DNA of 64,000 nucleotides. Source: a virus (Duplodnaviria; Caudoviricetes). The stretch lies in the IMG/VR virus record IMGVR_UViG_3300028326_000328, positions 8,331 to 72,330 of that record; one strand, given 5' to 3'. The notes under the pieces were generated by a model that worked only from the letters and a program-made list of their open reading frames with translations, was not told the DNA's origin and did no database searches. Both the position numbers and the translations under genes were made by a program. Shown here piece by piece: positions 54,686-64,000 of this stretch (the stretch's first letter is position 1; the number at the start of each line of letters is the position of its first letter).

Positions 54686-54909
54686 GGTTTTCTCCTTCCG
54701 GCTGTGTTTCCAGTTGTTGTTGCCAACTGCCTGTAAACCCCTTACGCGTGTATATGTGTGTTTCTCCACTATATATAGTGTTTTCATAGCTCATAAGGGG
54801 GCTATCTGGGAAACGAGAGAAACGGATACCGAAGAACCCAAGCAACACTGCTTTTCCCTCGTTTCCCAGCCAAGTTTCCAGCTACCGTTATGGCAATGAA
54901 GGAAACGAA

Positions 54910-57297
54910 TCAAGCGTTTCCGGGTGCTTCCTTGGCAACGCGCACAAAGGTCTTTTGAACGCCGTATCCAGAGATGCGCATTTTCCCGGAGGCGTTGCCC
55001 TTGTAGCGCTCCCAGCCGCCGATGCGGTTCAGAATCCCTTCGATCTCGTAGGAGTCGGTGCGTTTGAGGTTCTGGCGCTCCTTGCCGAAGCACTCGCACC
55101 AGATTTCCATGATGCACACCCTCTCCCGGCGCACGCTGCCCTTGTTCGCCCCGCCGTCAAACTCGCTGTCGCCCAAGAAGCTCCGGCGCTGATACAGATC
55201 CATGGCGTCCCATCGGTCAGGCAGAAGCCTTTCAAGGTAATCGGCGATGATGCCCTCGCGGTCGTCCGCTTCCATGGCATCCTGCTGGGCGCAGTATGCC
55301 TGTGCGGCAACTTCACCCTTGAGGTATAGCTCCTCACCGGCCCTGTACTTCTCAATGGCCTCCGCCCAGATCTGATCCACGGTCGCAGGGGTGATCTCGA
55401 ATACCGTGTGAGCCGTCCCGCCCTTCACCAGCACCGGCCAGAAGCGGCGGTTGCCGGTGATGTCCCGAAGGAAGCCGGACTCCGAGTTTGTGGAGCCAAC
55501 GATGACACAGGCCCTCGGATGGCTCTCCACCGCAATGCCGTAGGACTGCCGGAATTTATCGTCCGTGCGGGTGATGAACGACTTCACCGTTTCCACGTCC
55601 ACCTTCTTGATGCCCGCGAGCTCACCCAACTCCAGAATCCAATAGCCCTGAAGCTTCTCGGCGGCGGTCTTGTCCTTCATGTCGGAGATCGACAGCGAGT
55701 CGGAGTACCACTTGCCGCCCAGACGGGCAAAGAGGGTGGACTTGCCGATGCCCTGCGGGCCGTTGAGCACGAGGATGGAGTCGAACTTCACGCCCGGCTC
55801 GTACACACGGGCGACGGCGGCGCAGAGGGTTTTCCGTGAGACGCTGCGCGTGTACTCGTTGTTTTCGCCCCCGAGGTAATCGATGAGCAGGGTGTCGATG
55901 CGTTCGACGCCGTCCCACGTGAGCGGCTCGAAGTATTCCTTGATGGGATGGTACGTTCGCTCCGCCGACACCACGGCCAGCAGGGCGTCCTTGAATTTGG
56001 CGGGCGACCAGATGCCGTAAACCTGCTCAAAGTACACCTTGGCGCAGGCGATGTCGGCGTCGCCCCAGCCGGGCCTGACCTGTCGCCACGGCAGATCGCC
56101 GGTCACGTCCAACATGCCGGTGAACTCGTTGTACACGATGGCTTGGAGGTTGGGATCGTAACGAACGATGTGGGCGATGTTGGTCAGGGTATCCTTGACA
56201 CGCCCCTGCTTGTCAAGCTCCAGCAGCTTCTGCCAATCGTCCGGGTTATCAAATTCCACCTCGGCCTGCGCCATGCGCTCCCGCGCCAGCGTGGCCTTGA
56301 CCTGCTCATCCTGCACGGCGAACTCCTGCATAGCCTTGAAGGACGGGAGCTTGGACGGCTCCGTGTCCTCCCCGGCGCGACCGTCCAAATGCCCGAACCT
56401 GTGAAGCCTCACCACGTCGAAGGCGTTGAGCAGCTTGCCGCACACAGGATCGCTGGCATGGTGGCTGAAAGCGAACTTGTCCTCGTAGATCACCACACCC
56501 GCTTGGGAATCGGCGGGGAGGTAATCGAAACGACCGGGCATGGCGCTGGGTTTGTATACGTCCGGCAGGAAGGTCTCAATGGCCTCCGGCACCGTGTACG
56601 TCCGGCAGAACGCCCCGATGGCCCCCGGCTTGGAGAGCGGATCGGCCTGCTGGCGGGCCTCGCGTTGCACGATGGTCTGCTGGCGGTTGGACACCGGCCA
56701 TTCGGCCACATTACGCCAGTCCCTGTACTTGCGCAGCACATCGTCCGGGTTCAGGATCGCGCCTGCGATCTCCCGAAAGACGAACGCACCGTCTGAGGAG
56801 GTGGAGGGCCAATACATCAGGCGGGAAGGTTCGTAGGTCGTATCGTCGAACTGCTCGATGCCGATTTCCTCGGCGACCTTCCGGCCCACCGCCATGTACT
56901 CGTCCGGCGTCACCTCACGGGACAGCGGGATGATCAGGCGCAGGCGCGGTTTTTCTTGTGTGTGCTTGTGGGTGGAGTAGACGTAGCATTGGTAGGCGGT
57001 GAACATCTCCAGCTGGTCAACGACGTCCGGCGCGGCGTAGTCCATATCCAAGGTCAGGCCGGAGCGGGAAAGCACGCTGTCCTTCTTCCGCTGGCCGTCC
57101 TTGAGCGTCCCCATGACGAAGCCGCCCACATCCTTGATGCTGTCCTGCTGAGCCTTGGAGAGCTTGCGGTATTGCTCCACCGTTTCAGCGGTGCGCCGGG
57201 TGATGGCAATGCGATCCCGGAACTCATCCAGCGTCATGCTTACCCGGTTCCATCGCTTATCCATGCGGGAGTTGCCCACACTGATTGCGATCTTCAT
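54910..57297 (-). CDS. VirE-family primase/helicase
   Basis: Primase-like N-terminus; LNGPQGIGKST (Walker A), ELGELAG, GNRRFWPV. Confidence 0.92.
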   Translation of the reverse strand: MKIAISVGNSRMDKRWNRVSMTLDEFRDRIAITRRTAETVEQYRKLSKAQQDSIKDVGGFVMGTLKDGQRKKDSVLSRSGLTLDMDYAAPDVVDQLEMFTAYQCYVYSTHKHTQEKPRLRLIIPLSREVTPDEYMAVGRKVAEEIGIEQFDDTTYEPSRLMYWPSTSSDGAFVFREIAGAILNPDDVLRKYRDWRNVAEWPVSNRQQTIVQREARQQADPLSKPGAIGAFCRTYTVPEAIETFLPDVYKPSAMPGRFDYLPADSQAGVVIYEDKFAFSHHASDPVCGKLLNAFDVVRLHRFGHLDGRAGEDTEPSKLPSFKAMQEFAVQDEQVKATLARERMAQAEVEFDNPDDWQKLLELDKQGRVKDTLTNIAHIVRYDPNLQAIVYNEFTGMLDVTGDLPWRQVRPGWGDADIACAKVYFEQVYGIWSPAKFKDALLAVVSAERTYHPIKEYFEPLTWDGVERIDTLLIDYLGGENNEYTRSVSRKTLCAAVARVYEPGVKFDSILVLNGPQGIGKSTLFARLGGKWYSDSLSISDMKDKTAAEKLQGYWILELGELAGIKKVDVETVKSFITRTDDKFRQSYGIAVESHPRACVIVGSTNSESGFLRDITGNRRFWPVLVKGGTAHTVFEITPATVDQIWAEAIEKYRAGEELYLKGEVAAQAYCAQQDAMEADDREGIIADYLERLLPDRWDAMDLYQRRSFLGDSEFDGGANKGSVRRERVCIMEIWCECFGKERQNLKRTDSYEIEGILNRIGGWERYKGNASGKMRISGYGVQKTFVRVAKEAPGNA

Positions 57298-57746
57298 ACG
57301 GCCACCTCCTCGCAATCCGTGGTGAAATACCGAATCCGCATGCCTCGCCGCTCGGCGCTGTCGATCTCCATGGACATGCCCTTGGAAATGGTGTCGCCAA
57401 ATACCCAGACCTCGGCGCACTTGGTGAGAAGGATGAAGCCCAAGAACAGCCCCTCTGCGCGCTGCGCCTCATCCGAATCATCGAGGAAGCGCGTAAAGTA
57501 CAGGTGCGGCGCAAGCGGAAGGCATTTGTGCTGTAGGGCAAAGCGGCAGTAGCGCAGCGCGTTTTGCTCGTTTCTTTCGATGTCGCCCGCGTAGGGCGAG
57601 CAGATGTACACCAAGGGGCGGTAGTTCGGGACGCGGCGCGACAGGCCCTCCAAGGTGGCTGCCCGCGTTTCCCTTTCGATGCTCATGAAGGCATCATAGG
57701 CCGTGGGGTCGAAGTATCCCTCGCAGTTGTACTTGCTGACGCTCAT
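57294..57746 (-). CDS. DUF4406/DUF7768-like protein
   Basis: YICSPYAGD, PLAPHLYF, LLTKCAEVWVFG; start moved to MSVSKYN. Confidence 0.8.
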   Translation of the reverse strand: MSVSKYNCEGYFDPTAYDAFMSIERETRAATLEGLSRRVPNYRPLVYICSPYAGDIERNEQNALRYCRFALQHKCLPLAPHLYFTRFLDDSDEAQRAEGLFLGFILLTKCAEVWVFGDTISKGMSMEIDSAERRGMRIRYFTTDCEEVAV

Positions 57747-57757
57747 GTCGCGCCTCC

Positions 57758-59704
57758 TCAGTCTTTTTGATAGAAATTGCACTCGAAGCCGTCCGCCCGA
57801 AGCGGCAGACCGGCTGCCCAATCCGGCGCAACGGCCATGATGCGACACACCTCTTGGGCACTGGACGCGCCCAGCGGAACCTCCAGCACGGCTTCGTCGT
57901 GTACATGCATCACGATCTCGAAGCCCGCGTCGCGCAGCCGGAGCATACCCAGCGCCAGCAGATCGCGGGCGGTCGCCTGCACGATGTTCTCGACCAGCTT
58001 GGGGCCGTAGGTTTCGATTCGCATCCATTTCTTGCTTTCGCCGACGCCCTCGTAAGTCAGTCCCTGCCGACCGAACCGGTTCTCCTGCAGGCGCGGCTTG
58101 ATGTAGCAGAGCCGCCTGCCGGAGGGTAGCGTGATGAACAGCATCCCGGATTGGTACTGAAAGGTGATGTCCCCGACGCGGGCCATAGTTTTTTCCGTGA
58201 ACGCGGTCAGGGCGGCGGTATCCACGTCCCACCAGAGCTTGGTGATGTGCGGATTGGCGCTTCGCCATTGGTTGACTAGCGTGGGCAGTTCTTCTTCCGT
58301 CAGCCCCATCTCCAGAGCACCCATGGCCGTGAGCGCACCGACCGAGCCGCCGTAGCCCAAGGCCAATTCCGCGATCTTGCCCTTTTGGCGCAGGTGCCCG
58401 TTGACACCGTGCTTCTCCACCGGGATGCCGAACATCTGAGAGGCCGAGGCGCAGTAGATGTCGCCGCCCTGCTCGAACACATCCAGCCGCCATTGTTCGC
58501 CGGAGAGCCATGCGATGACGCGAGCCTCAATGGCGCTGAAATCCGCCACCAGAAATCGGCAGCCGGGCTTCGGCACAAAGGCGGTGCGAATCAACTCGGA
58601 GAGCACGTTGGGGGTCGATTCAAACAGTGTCTCGACATCCTCAAACCGCCCGTCGCAAATCAGCTGTCGGGCAAGGGCAAGGTCTGGAATATGGTTCTGC
58701 GGGAGGTTTTGGACTTGAACCAAGCGGCCTGCCCACCTGCCTGTTCTGTTTGCCCCATAAAACTGGAGCAGGCCATGCACCCGACCGTCCGAGCATACCG
58801 AGCGCCGGATGGCCTCGTACTTCTTGACTGAGGTCTTGGCCATGAGCAGCCGGAGCTTCAGCATCTCGAGCACTTCGCCGTCCGCATCCGGTAGCAGGGA
58901 TTTCACGGCCTTCTTGTCGAGGCTTTCCGTTTCAACTCCCTGGCCAACGAGCCACTCCCTGACCTGCGCGACGGAATTCGGATTGTTGAGGCCGGTTAGT
59001 TCATACGCCCGGCGCGCGGAATGCTCTTTGTACAGCAGGTCGCATTCGATAGCCCGTTCCACCAGCACCGGGTCGACCAGAATGCCCCGGTCGTTGATCT
59101 CCTGATCGAGTTGGTAGAGCGCTTGTTCGGACGCCGGGATTGGGTAGTTCCTGAGCCTCTGCCTGATCTCGCGCTCCGCTTCCACGTCCCGAGCGCAGTA
59201 CGCCTTAAAACGCCGCCATTTCTCCATGTCATGCTCCGGCAGGTTGCGCCGCCGTTCACCATTGGCTTTCGTAGGCTTGCAGGGAAAGGAAAAGTAGCGA
59301 ACGAGGTCAGTCCCTTCCTTGAGCTTTTTGCGCTCGATGTCCAGCACCTCACCTACACCGTCCAGCGAGAGGGGCAGCGCCAGCATAGCCGACTGGACAG
59401 CGGTACACTGCCAAGACAGGGGCCGCAGAAACACACCGAGGTGCTTTGACAGGCAGGTGCGCTCGAACGCCTCGTTGAAGGCGGTCTTGGTGACGGAGGG
59501 ATCGGTCAGGGCATCCAACACCCGCTGGGGCAGCCGCTCCCCGCATTTGAGGTCGACCACCGTGGCCGGATCATCGTCGAAAGCGTAGCCGAAGAGCAGA
59601 ACCTCGAAGCTGTCGCTGTCGGCGTAGGCGTACACGCCGGACTTGGTCAGGTCTACCTCCGAGTAGGTTTCGATATCGATAGCCAAGACGGGCATGCTCA
59701 TCAC
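57758..59704 (-). CDS. Phage family A DNA polymerase
   Basis: DIETYS, QVQNLPQ, DFSAIEAR, KIAELALGYG, HVHDE. Confidence 0.95.
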   Translation of the reverse strand: MMSMPVLAIDIETYSEVDLTKSGVYAYADSDSFEVLLFGYAFDDDPATVVDLKCGERLPQRVLDALTDPSVTKTAFNEAFERTCLSKHLGVFLRPLSWQCTAVQSAMLALPLSLDGVGEVLDIERKKLKEGTDLVRYFSFPCKPTKANGERRRNLPEHDMEKWRRFKAYCARDVEAEREIRQRLRNYPIPASEQALYQLDQEINDRGILVDPVLVERAIECDLLYKEHSARRAYELTGLNNPNSVAQVREWLVGQGVETESLDKKAVKSLLPDADGEVLEMLKLRLLMAKTSVKKYEAIRRSVCSDGRVHGLLQFYGANRTGRWAGRLVQVQNLPQNHIPDLALARQLICDGRFEDVETLFESTPNVLSELIRTAFVPKPGCRFLVADFSAIEARVIAWLSGEQWRLDVFEQGGDIYCASASQMFGIPVEKHGVNGHLRQKGKIAELALGYGGSVGALTAMGALEMGLTEEELPTLVNQWRSANPHITKLWWDVDTAALTAFTEKTMARVGDITFQYQSGMLFITLPSGRRLCYIKPRLQENRFGRQGLTYEGVGESKKWMRIETYGPKLVENIVQATARDLLALGMLRLRDAGFEIVMHVHDEAVLEVPLGASSAQEVCRIMAVAPDWAAGLPLRADGFECNFYQKD

Positions 59705-59751
59705 CTCACAAATGAAAAAGGGGCGGCAGCTGCCCGCCGCCCCGAGACTGC

Positions 59752-60294
59752 TCAGGAGAGAAAGTCCTCGTCCTGCACGGTGTCGAATTCCTCGGACGCC
59801 TTCGCCCTACCGCCGAGGCTCTCGCCGTCCCGCAGCTTCTGAATGTTGCCAAGGCCCGCCGCGATGCCGCGATTGCCGTTGGAGTTGTAGCCGTAGAAGT
59901 TGACGCTGATCTTGCCGTAGCAGCCGGAGTACACCTCGCTCTGATCCAAGACGGGCTCCACCCGGCTGTTCACCACCTGCGGGGCCTGACGGCTGTTGGC
60001 GTTGAGGAAGTAGCAGCCCGCATAGGCTTCGTCCTCCGGGCGGTCGATGTCGCCGTCTCGGAGCGGGAGCTTCAGGTTCGGGGGAACCTTGCCGCCCCAC
60101 TTGGAGGCTGACTCCTTCTTGGCCACCTCGATGGCCGCCTTGATGGCGTTCACGGTTGCGGTGTCCGACTTGGGGATGATGGCCGAGACGCTGTACTTGG
60201 GTTCGCTGCCGTTGACCGAATCCGGCTCCCAGCAGTGCAGGAACGAGAAGCGGCAGGGAACGATGACCTTCGTGGGATTCTTGGGATTGCTCAT
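59752..60294 (-). CDS. DUF2815 ssDNA-binding protein
   Basis: LKLPLRDGD, YSGCY, GLGNIQK, acidic tail. Confidence 0.9.
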   Translation of the reverse strand: MSNPKNPTKVIVPCRFSFLHCWEPDSVNGSEPKYSVSAIIPKSDTATVNAIKAAIEVAKKESASKWGGKVPPNLKLPLRDGDIDRPEDEAYAGCYFLNANSRQAPQVVNSRVEPVLDQSEVYSGCYGKISVNFYGYNSNGNRGIAAGLGNIQKLRDGESLGGRAKASEEFDTVQDEDFLS

Positions 60295-60297
60295 GGA

Positions 60298-61431
60298 TTA
60301 GCCCTCCTGTTCAAAATCCGCCTTGGCGGTGGTGTTGGTGATGGATTCCCGCTTGTCCGATTCCGGTACCAAGGTCAGCTTGCCTTGGGGCTTGTACACC
60401 AGTGCGCTCAGAATCGTGTTGAAGTTCTCCTTGCCCATCAGGCGTTCCATCTCGGTGATGCCGACGAGCGTGTGCTTGTAGATGTCCTTGTAACCGGCAG
60501 CCATGGCGGCCTGCGCCACCTCTTCGTCCGAGGTGTATTTCCGGCTTGTGCGCCCTTCGACCACTTTGTAGCCCGGCCACTGTTTGCCGTGGATGATGGC
60601 CTCGTCCTGCGCAAAGGCGTAGATGTCGGCGGCCCATTTGGAAAGCTCGTCCGCCTTGGAGAGAACCTCGGCGATTTCCTCGTCCGACAAGAGTGCGGGC
60701 TTGCTGAATTCCATCCGGGCGAGCGCGAGAAAGGATTCTGCCCGTGCGCGGCACTGGTGCTGCGCCTTGCAGAAGCGGCACCATGTTCCGGCTGCGAACT
60801 CGCCTGCGCCGATCAGCGCCTTGGCTCCGGCAGGCCGGAGAACGTCTTCGCCCCAGCGCTTCAGGAAATCGGGGGATACGCTCCATGTGGAGGAGTTATT
60901 CAGCCGGGGCTGGAAGATGGTCATGCGCACGGTCTCGATGTCGTAGATGGCCTCCGCCATGAGGAGCACACCCAGACCGTAGATCATAAGCTGCGGGTTT
61001 TCCTCCGCGCAGACCTCTACGCCCTTGCCCAGCTTCAGGTCGATGATATGGGCGACTGTGTCGGTGATAATGACCATGTCCGCTGTACCGAAGCAGCCGT
61101 AGACATACTCGGAAGCATCGATGCGCTGCTCCACCAGCAGGATGGGGTGAGCGCATTCCCTGCGGGCGTCCTCGATCTCGCCGATCACGAAGGAGACGTA
61201 TTCGTCCACAGCTTCCATAAGCTCGTCGGTGTAGTAGTCGGACACCGGGCGCTTGGTGCGCTGTTTCAGGTATTTGCGGAGAAGATGCTCCGCCAGCGCG
61301 TGCCCTGCGGTACCCTCGGCGGCGTAGGGGCTTTCGCGCTCATCGTATTGCTCCTCCAAGAGCAGGGAGGGAGGGCAATGGATGCGGCGGCTTGCCGCCG
61401 AGGGGGAAAACCTTGCGTGTGCGGATGGCAT
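60298..61431 (-). CDS. DUF2800 Cas4-like nuclease
   Basis: EGTAGH, FGTAD, IIDLKLG, WCRFC..QCRAR. Confidence 0.9.
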   Translation of the reverse strand: MPSAHARFSPSAASRRIHCPPSLLLEEQYDERESPYAAEGTAGHALAEHLLRKYLKQRTKRPVSDYYTDELMEAVDEYVSFVIGEIEDARRECAHPILLVEQRIDASEYVYGCFGTADMVIITDTVAHIIDLKLGKGVEVCAEENPQLMIYGLGVLLMAEAIYDIETVRMTIFQPRLNNSSTWSVSPDFLKRWGEDVLRPAGAKALIGAGEFAAGTWCRFCKAQHQCRARAESFLALARMEFSKPALLSDEEIAEVLSKADELSKWAADIYAFAQDEAIIHGKQWPGYKVVEGRTSRKYTSDEEVAQAAMAAGYKDIYKHTLVGITEMERLMGKENFNTILSALVYKPQGKLTLVPESDKRESITNTTAKADFEQEG

Positions 61432-61751
61432 TATAGCTTCATTGCCTCCTCCAGAAGTGCCGGGTAATCCTCGGGTTTTACCCCGGAGAGTTTGCCGGCG
61501 TCGTATTTGAACAGGAGAGCCTTGACCTCTTGTGTCTTGCCGTCGCCGCTCTTTTCTGCCAGCACGGCCCGAACCTGATCGATGGCGACCTGCTGGGGAG
61601 TGTGTTTCTGCGGCGAACTATCTGGGTTACTGTCCGGGATGCTATCGTCGCTGGGTGTGTTTCCGGCCATGGTTTCCGCGACTGTCTGCAGACTGTCCGC
61701 CAGCCTGCGTATGTCCTCCACCACATCCAGAAGGAGCTTGGTTCTGCTCAT
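61431..61751 (-). CDS. Conserved phage hypothetical protein
   Basis: VRAVLAEKSGDG....VKALL.KY.A.KLS; paralogue of 5992-6315. Confidence 0.75.
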   Translation of the reverse strand: MSRTKLLLDVVEDIRRLADSLQTVAETMAGNTPSDDSIPDSNPDSSPQKHTPQQVAIDQVRAVLAEKSGDGKTQEVKALLFKYDAGKLSGVKPEDYPALLEEAMKL

Positions 61752-62104
61752 ATGGCCGTTCCTTTCTTCTGTCGGTAATGTGCCGAGCCATACTCCTGAA
61801 GCATCTGCCTGAGAACATTGGCCTGATGTTCGTCGCTGACGCTGATCAGCTGGGAGAGAACCTGCTGCTGCTCATGGCTGAGAATGTTCCGGTGGGGATG
61901 GTACCAATCCGCCACCTTCACACAGCCGCCATTCCCTCGTTGGGTTTCCAGAGGGTAATCGAGCGTGAGAATGAGAATGTCTCTGCGTATCGTGTTAACG
62001 GATACCCTAAGCTCTCTTGCGAGTTGGGGCGCAGTCTCATACCGGCGAGCGATCACGATTCGCATGATTTCCGCCCTTCGTTCACTCGCCGTCACGTTCG
62101 TCAC
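61748..62104 (-). CDS. DeoR/HTH_11-type HTH protein
   Basis: ERRAEI...TAPQLARELRVSVNTIRRDILIL...ETQRGNGG. Confidence 0.85.
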   Translation of the reverse strand: MTNVTASERRAEIMRIVIARRYETAPQLARELRVSVNTIRRDILILTLDYPLETQRGNGGCVKVADWYHPHRNILSHEQQQVLSQLISVSDEHQANVLRQMLQEYGSAHYRQKKGTAI

Positions 62105-62260
62105 CTCCTTCCACCATCGGCTCTGGTTGGAGGTTACCGCTCAAACTACCAAGGTTTTGGGTAGTTTGAAAAATTTGTGATGAAAGATGATTCAACTCTC
62201 TCGCTCCTTATCGGAGCCAAGACAGGAAGCAGGAACCGTAGATCGCCTTATCCAAAACAC

Positions 62261-62378
62261 AAAAAAGCCGAGCAACAAGCGTCGGCACAAAGGAGAATCG
62301 CCGAAAATGAGCGCTTTGAATAAAGCAGTCATTCCGGCGATTTGGTACTCCTCTGTATCGGCGTCCGTTGCTCGGCTT
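62261..62378 (-). terminator. Large structured terminator/attenuator-like element
   Basis: 12-bp closing helix AAGCCGAGCAAC/GTTGCTCGGCTT with nested hairpins, followed by T6 on the minus strand. Confidence 0.55.
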
Positions 62379-62501
62379 GGTTGCGGTGGTGCGCATTCAT
62401 CAAGGAAAGCGGATTTTACCGGGATACAACCCGTAGGTCACCCTAGGCTGCGGCGACCTAGTGAACCGTCATGGCAAGGGAATCGCACCTCTCGCTCGAG
62501 T

Positions 62502-62668
62502 TCATTTCCGTTTCCAAGCTGCGCTATGCTGTTTTCCTGACGACGCGATCCGGGCTTCCACCGGCCTCTTACATCGCTTACAATACGCGGTCAGTTTTGT
62601 GGAGAGCCCTCAGCGCAAAGGACGAACAGCTTTCCTTTGCATTGAGGGCATCGTATGACCTTAGTCAT
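62502..62668 (-). pseudogene. Small Zn-ribbon (Com-like) protein with a 1-nt frameshift (not in the ORF track)
   Basis: AAAGGAG RBS; MTKVIRCPQCKGKLFVL..., then in the shifted frame TKLTAYCKRCKRPVEARI. Confidence 0.6.
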
Positions 62669-63491
62669 GGGTGCTCCTTTCTAGGTTGACCAGATCGCTG
62701 AGCCATGTAGCGGTTGGCTTGGCCAGCAGTCTGGCATTTTGATAGGCCATCTCCAGCGTTAAGCAGGTGTGGCCGATATAATAGCCTTCCATCACTGACA
62801 GCGCCATGGCGAGATCAGGTCGGGCCATGTTCGTCAGATGGATTGGAAGGAGGTACTGAACGCGGTTCTGGAACACCTGCGGAACCGCGAGGCTCCAATC
62901 GACGAGCGCTTTGCGCCGGGCCAATTCTACCGCCGTTTCCAGCAGCAAGGGCAGGTTCCATGCTTCGCGTATAGGTTCGGGAAGCCGCGCAACATTCTCT
63001 TCATCGCCTAAAATGTGATCCGTGTTGACGCGAACCTCCCATTCGGGGTCATAGTACGTCATCCATTGCCGCATTGGGAATGATGGCCTGAGCGGCAGCA
63101 GCTGAACGTATTTGAGCTTATCCGAGCTTTCGTCGGCGAATCCTTTGAAGTACCATTGCTTTAGCGTATCAAGTCGTTTGTTCCGGTTAAAACACATCAG
63201 TATCCCCTTAAAGTGCTTGGTATAGAGGCCCGTGTGAAAGCAGGCAAATTCATTCCGTACATAAAAAGCGCTGTCGGCTTCTGACGGATTTTGGGCGTTG
63301 TTATGCTCGATGGCCTGCTTGCGGAACACCTGATTGAGGTAACGCTCCAAAATCGGCGTTTCTGTGTTCTGGGTTTCGTATCCTGGCTCTTTATACCTCC
63401 ACGGCTCCGGCACGGCCATCTGGGACAGTTCATAAAGCTGCTCAAACCATGCCGGGACATAAGCGAAGTTGAACAGTTCCGTCTCGATCAT
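62661..63491 (-). CDS. DUF3825 family protein
   Basis: LAQMA-like EPW, ILERYL..VF, ACFHTGL, AVPQ.FQNRVQYLLP, TCLTLEMAYQNARLL. Confidence 0.75.
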   Translation of the reverse strand: MIETELFNFAYVPAWFEQLYELSQMAVPEPWRYKEPGYETQNTETPILERYLNQVFRKQAIEHNNAQNPSEADSAFYVRNEFACFHTGLYTKHFKGILMCFNRNKRLDTLKQWYFKGFADESSDKLKYVQLLPLRPSFPMRQWMTYYDPEWEVRVNTDHILGDEENVARLPEPIREAWNLPLLLETAVELARRKALVDWSLAVPQVFQNRVQYLLPIHLTNMARPDLAMALSVMEGYYIGHTCLTLEMAYQNARLLAKPTATWLSDLVNLERSTHD

Positions 63492-64000
63492 TCAGAGGCT
63501 CCTTCTTGCGTATAGAATTCCGCTACATCGCGCCGAATTTCCCGCGCCATGTGCCCGATGTAGCAATCCATTTCCTCTACCGCGCGCCTTCCATCCCACG
63601 GATTGCACCAAGTCAGACAGGCGGGGCATACATGCCCCGAGGCCTTCCTTAGAAAGATCAGCATGGATGTGAATATATCCTCTCCCTCGGCGGTCAAGTT
63701 GTCGGGCTTTGTCAAACGCAACCGGTCGTATGCTCGTCCGTCGCCAGAAACCATATTCGCATCTCCTTCTTCATCGGCCACGAATTCTTCCAAAATGGAG
63801 TCAACAGAGATATGGTGCTTTGCGCAATAGCTGATGGCTTTCTCAAAAGCAATCGTCCCGGCCTTTGCCACATCGAGGTTCTTAAACACCTTTTCAATGG
63901 TTCGTTGCTGTATGCCGAGTTGCCGCGCCATGTCGGCTTTGCTCTTGAACCGGTTATGCAATAAGTATCGCAGCACATGCGCCGTGATACGCTTTTCCAT
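63488..64000 (-). CDS. Hypothetical protein with an N-terminal HTH and C-terminal Cys motifs
   Basis: SKADMARQLGIQQRTIEKVF; CPACLTWC; ATGA overlap with DUF3825. The start lies at the window edge. Confidence 0.6.
   Translation of the reverse strand: MEKRITAHVLRYLLHNRFKSKADMARQLGIQQRTIEKVFKNLDVAKAGTIAFEKAISYCAKHHISVDSILEEFVADEEGDANMVSGDGRAYDRLRLTKPDNLTAEGEDIFTSMLIFLRKASGHVCPACLTWCNPWDGRRAVEEMDCYIGHMAREIRRDVAEFYTQEGASE

Larger units (their letters stand above)
17129..64000 (-). mobile_element. Right prophage (HK97-type head, long non-contractile tail); nearly complete, regulatory end runs off the window
   Basis: Contiguous replication, packaging, head, tail, lysis and recombinase modules in canonical order on the minus strand. 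Confidence 0.95.

Noticed and set aside
1-64000. tRNA, rRNA or IS elements
   Set aside because: I recognised no cloverleaf or T-loop pattern, rRNA-like sequence or transposase ORF by eye; tRNAscan-SE would settle the tRNA question.

Overview
The window contains parts of two related Firmicutes (Clostridia-like) siphovirus prophages, mostly on the minus strand. The right element (about 17129-64000) reads leftwards. It starts with regulation and replication genes (DUF2800, DUF2815, PolA, VirE-primase, VRR-NUC, SNF2), then metK, a cos-like site, a ParB-methylase, a CotH kinase, terminase, an HK97-type head, a long tail, lysis genes and a serine-recombinase cassette. Its last recombinase is cut off at YTDE, exactly where the left element begins. 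The left element (1-17128) has a defence arm (Type III R-M, a relic of a Type I hsdR, a TcmP + DUF5131 pair), a divergent ImmA/HTH switch, a sigma-like factor and a second, paralogous replication module. The standout signal is a plus-strand operon beside the cos-like site (45482-49273). It encodes an amidoligase, a GGCT and several small unknown proteins, separated by a repeated family of type I hammerhead ribozymes: four complete, one half and one degenerate copy. These have covarying stems and a loop II pseudoknot, and each predicted cut falls about 40-60 nt upstream of the next start codon. The same region has 17 strand-biased AATCAA motifs and encodes an RHH protein. Several single-base lesions suggest prophage decay and/or long-read error. 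All family assignments come from motif recognition by eye; no database searches were run.
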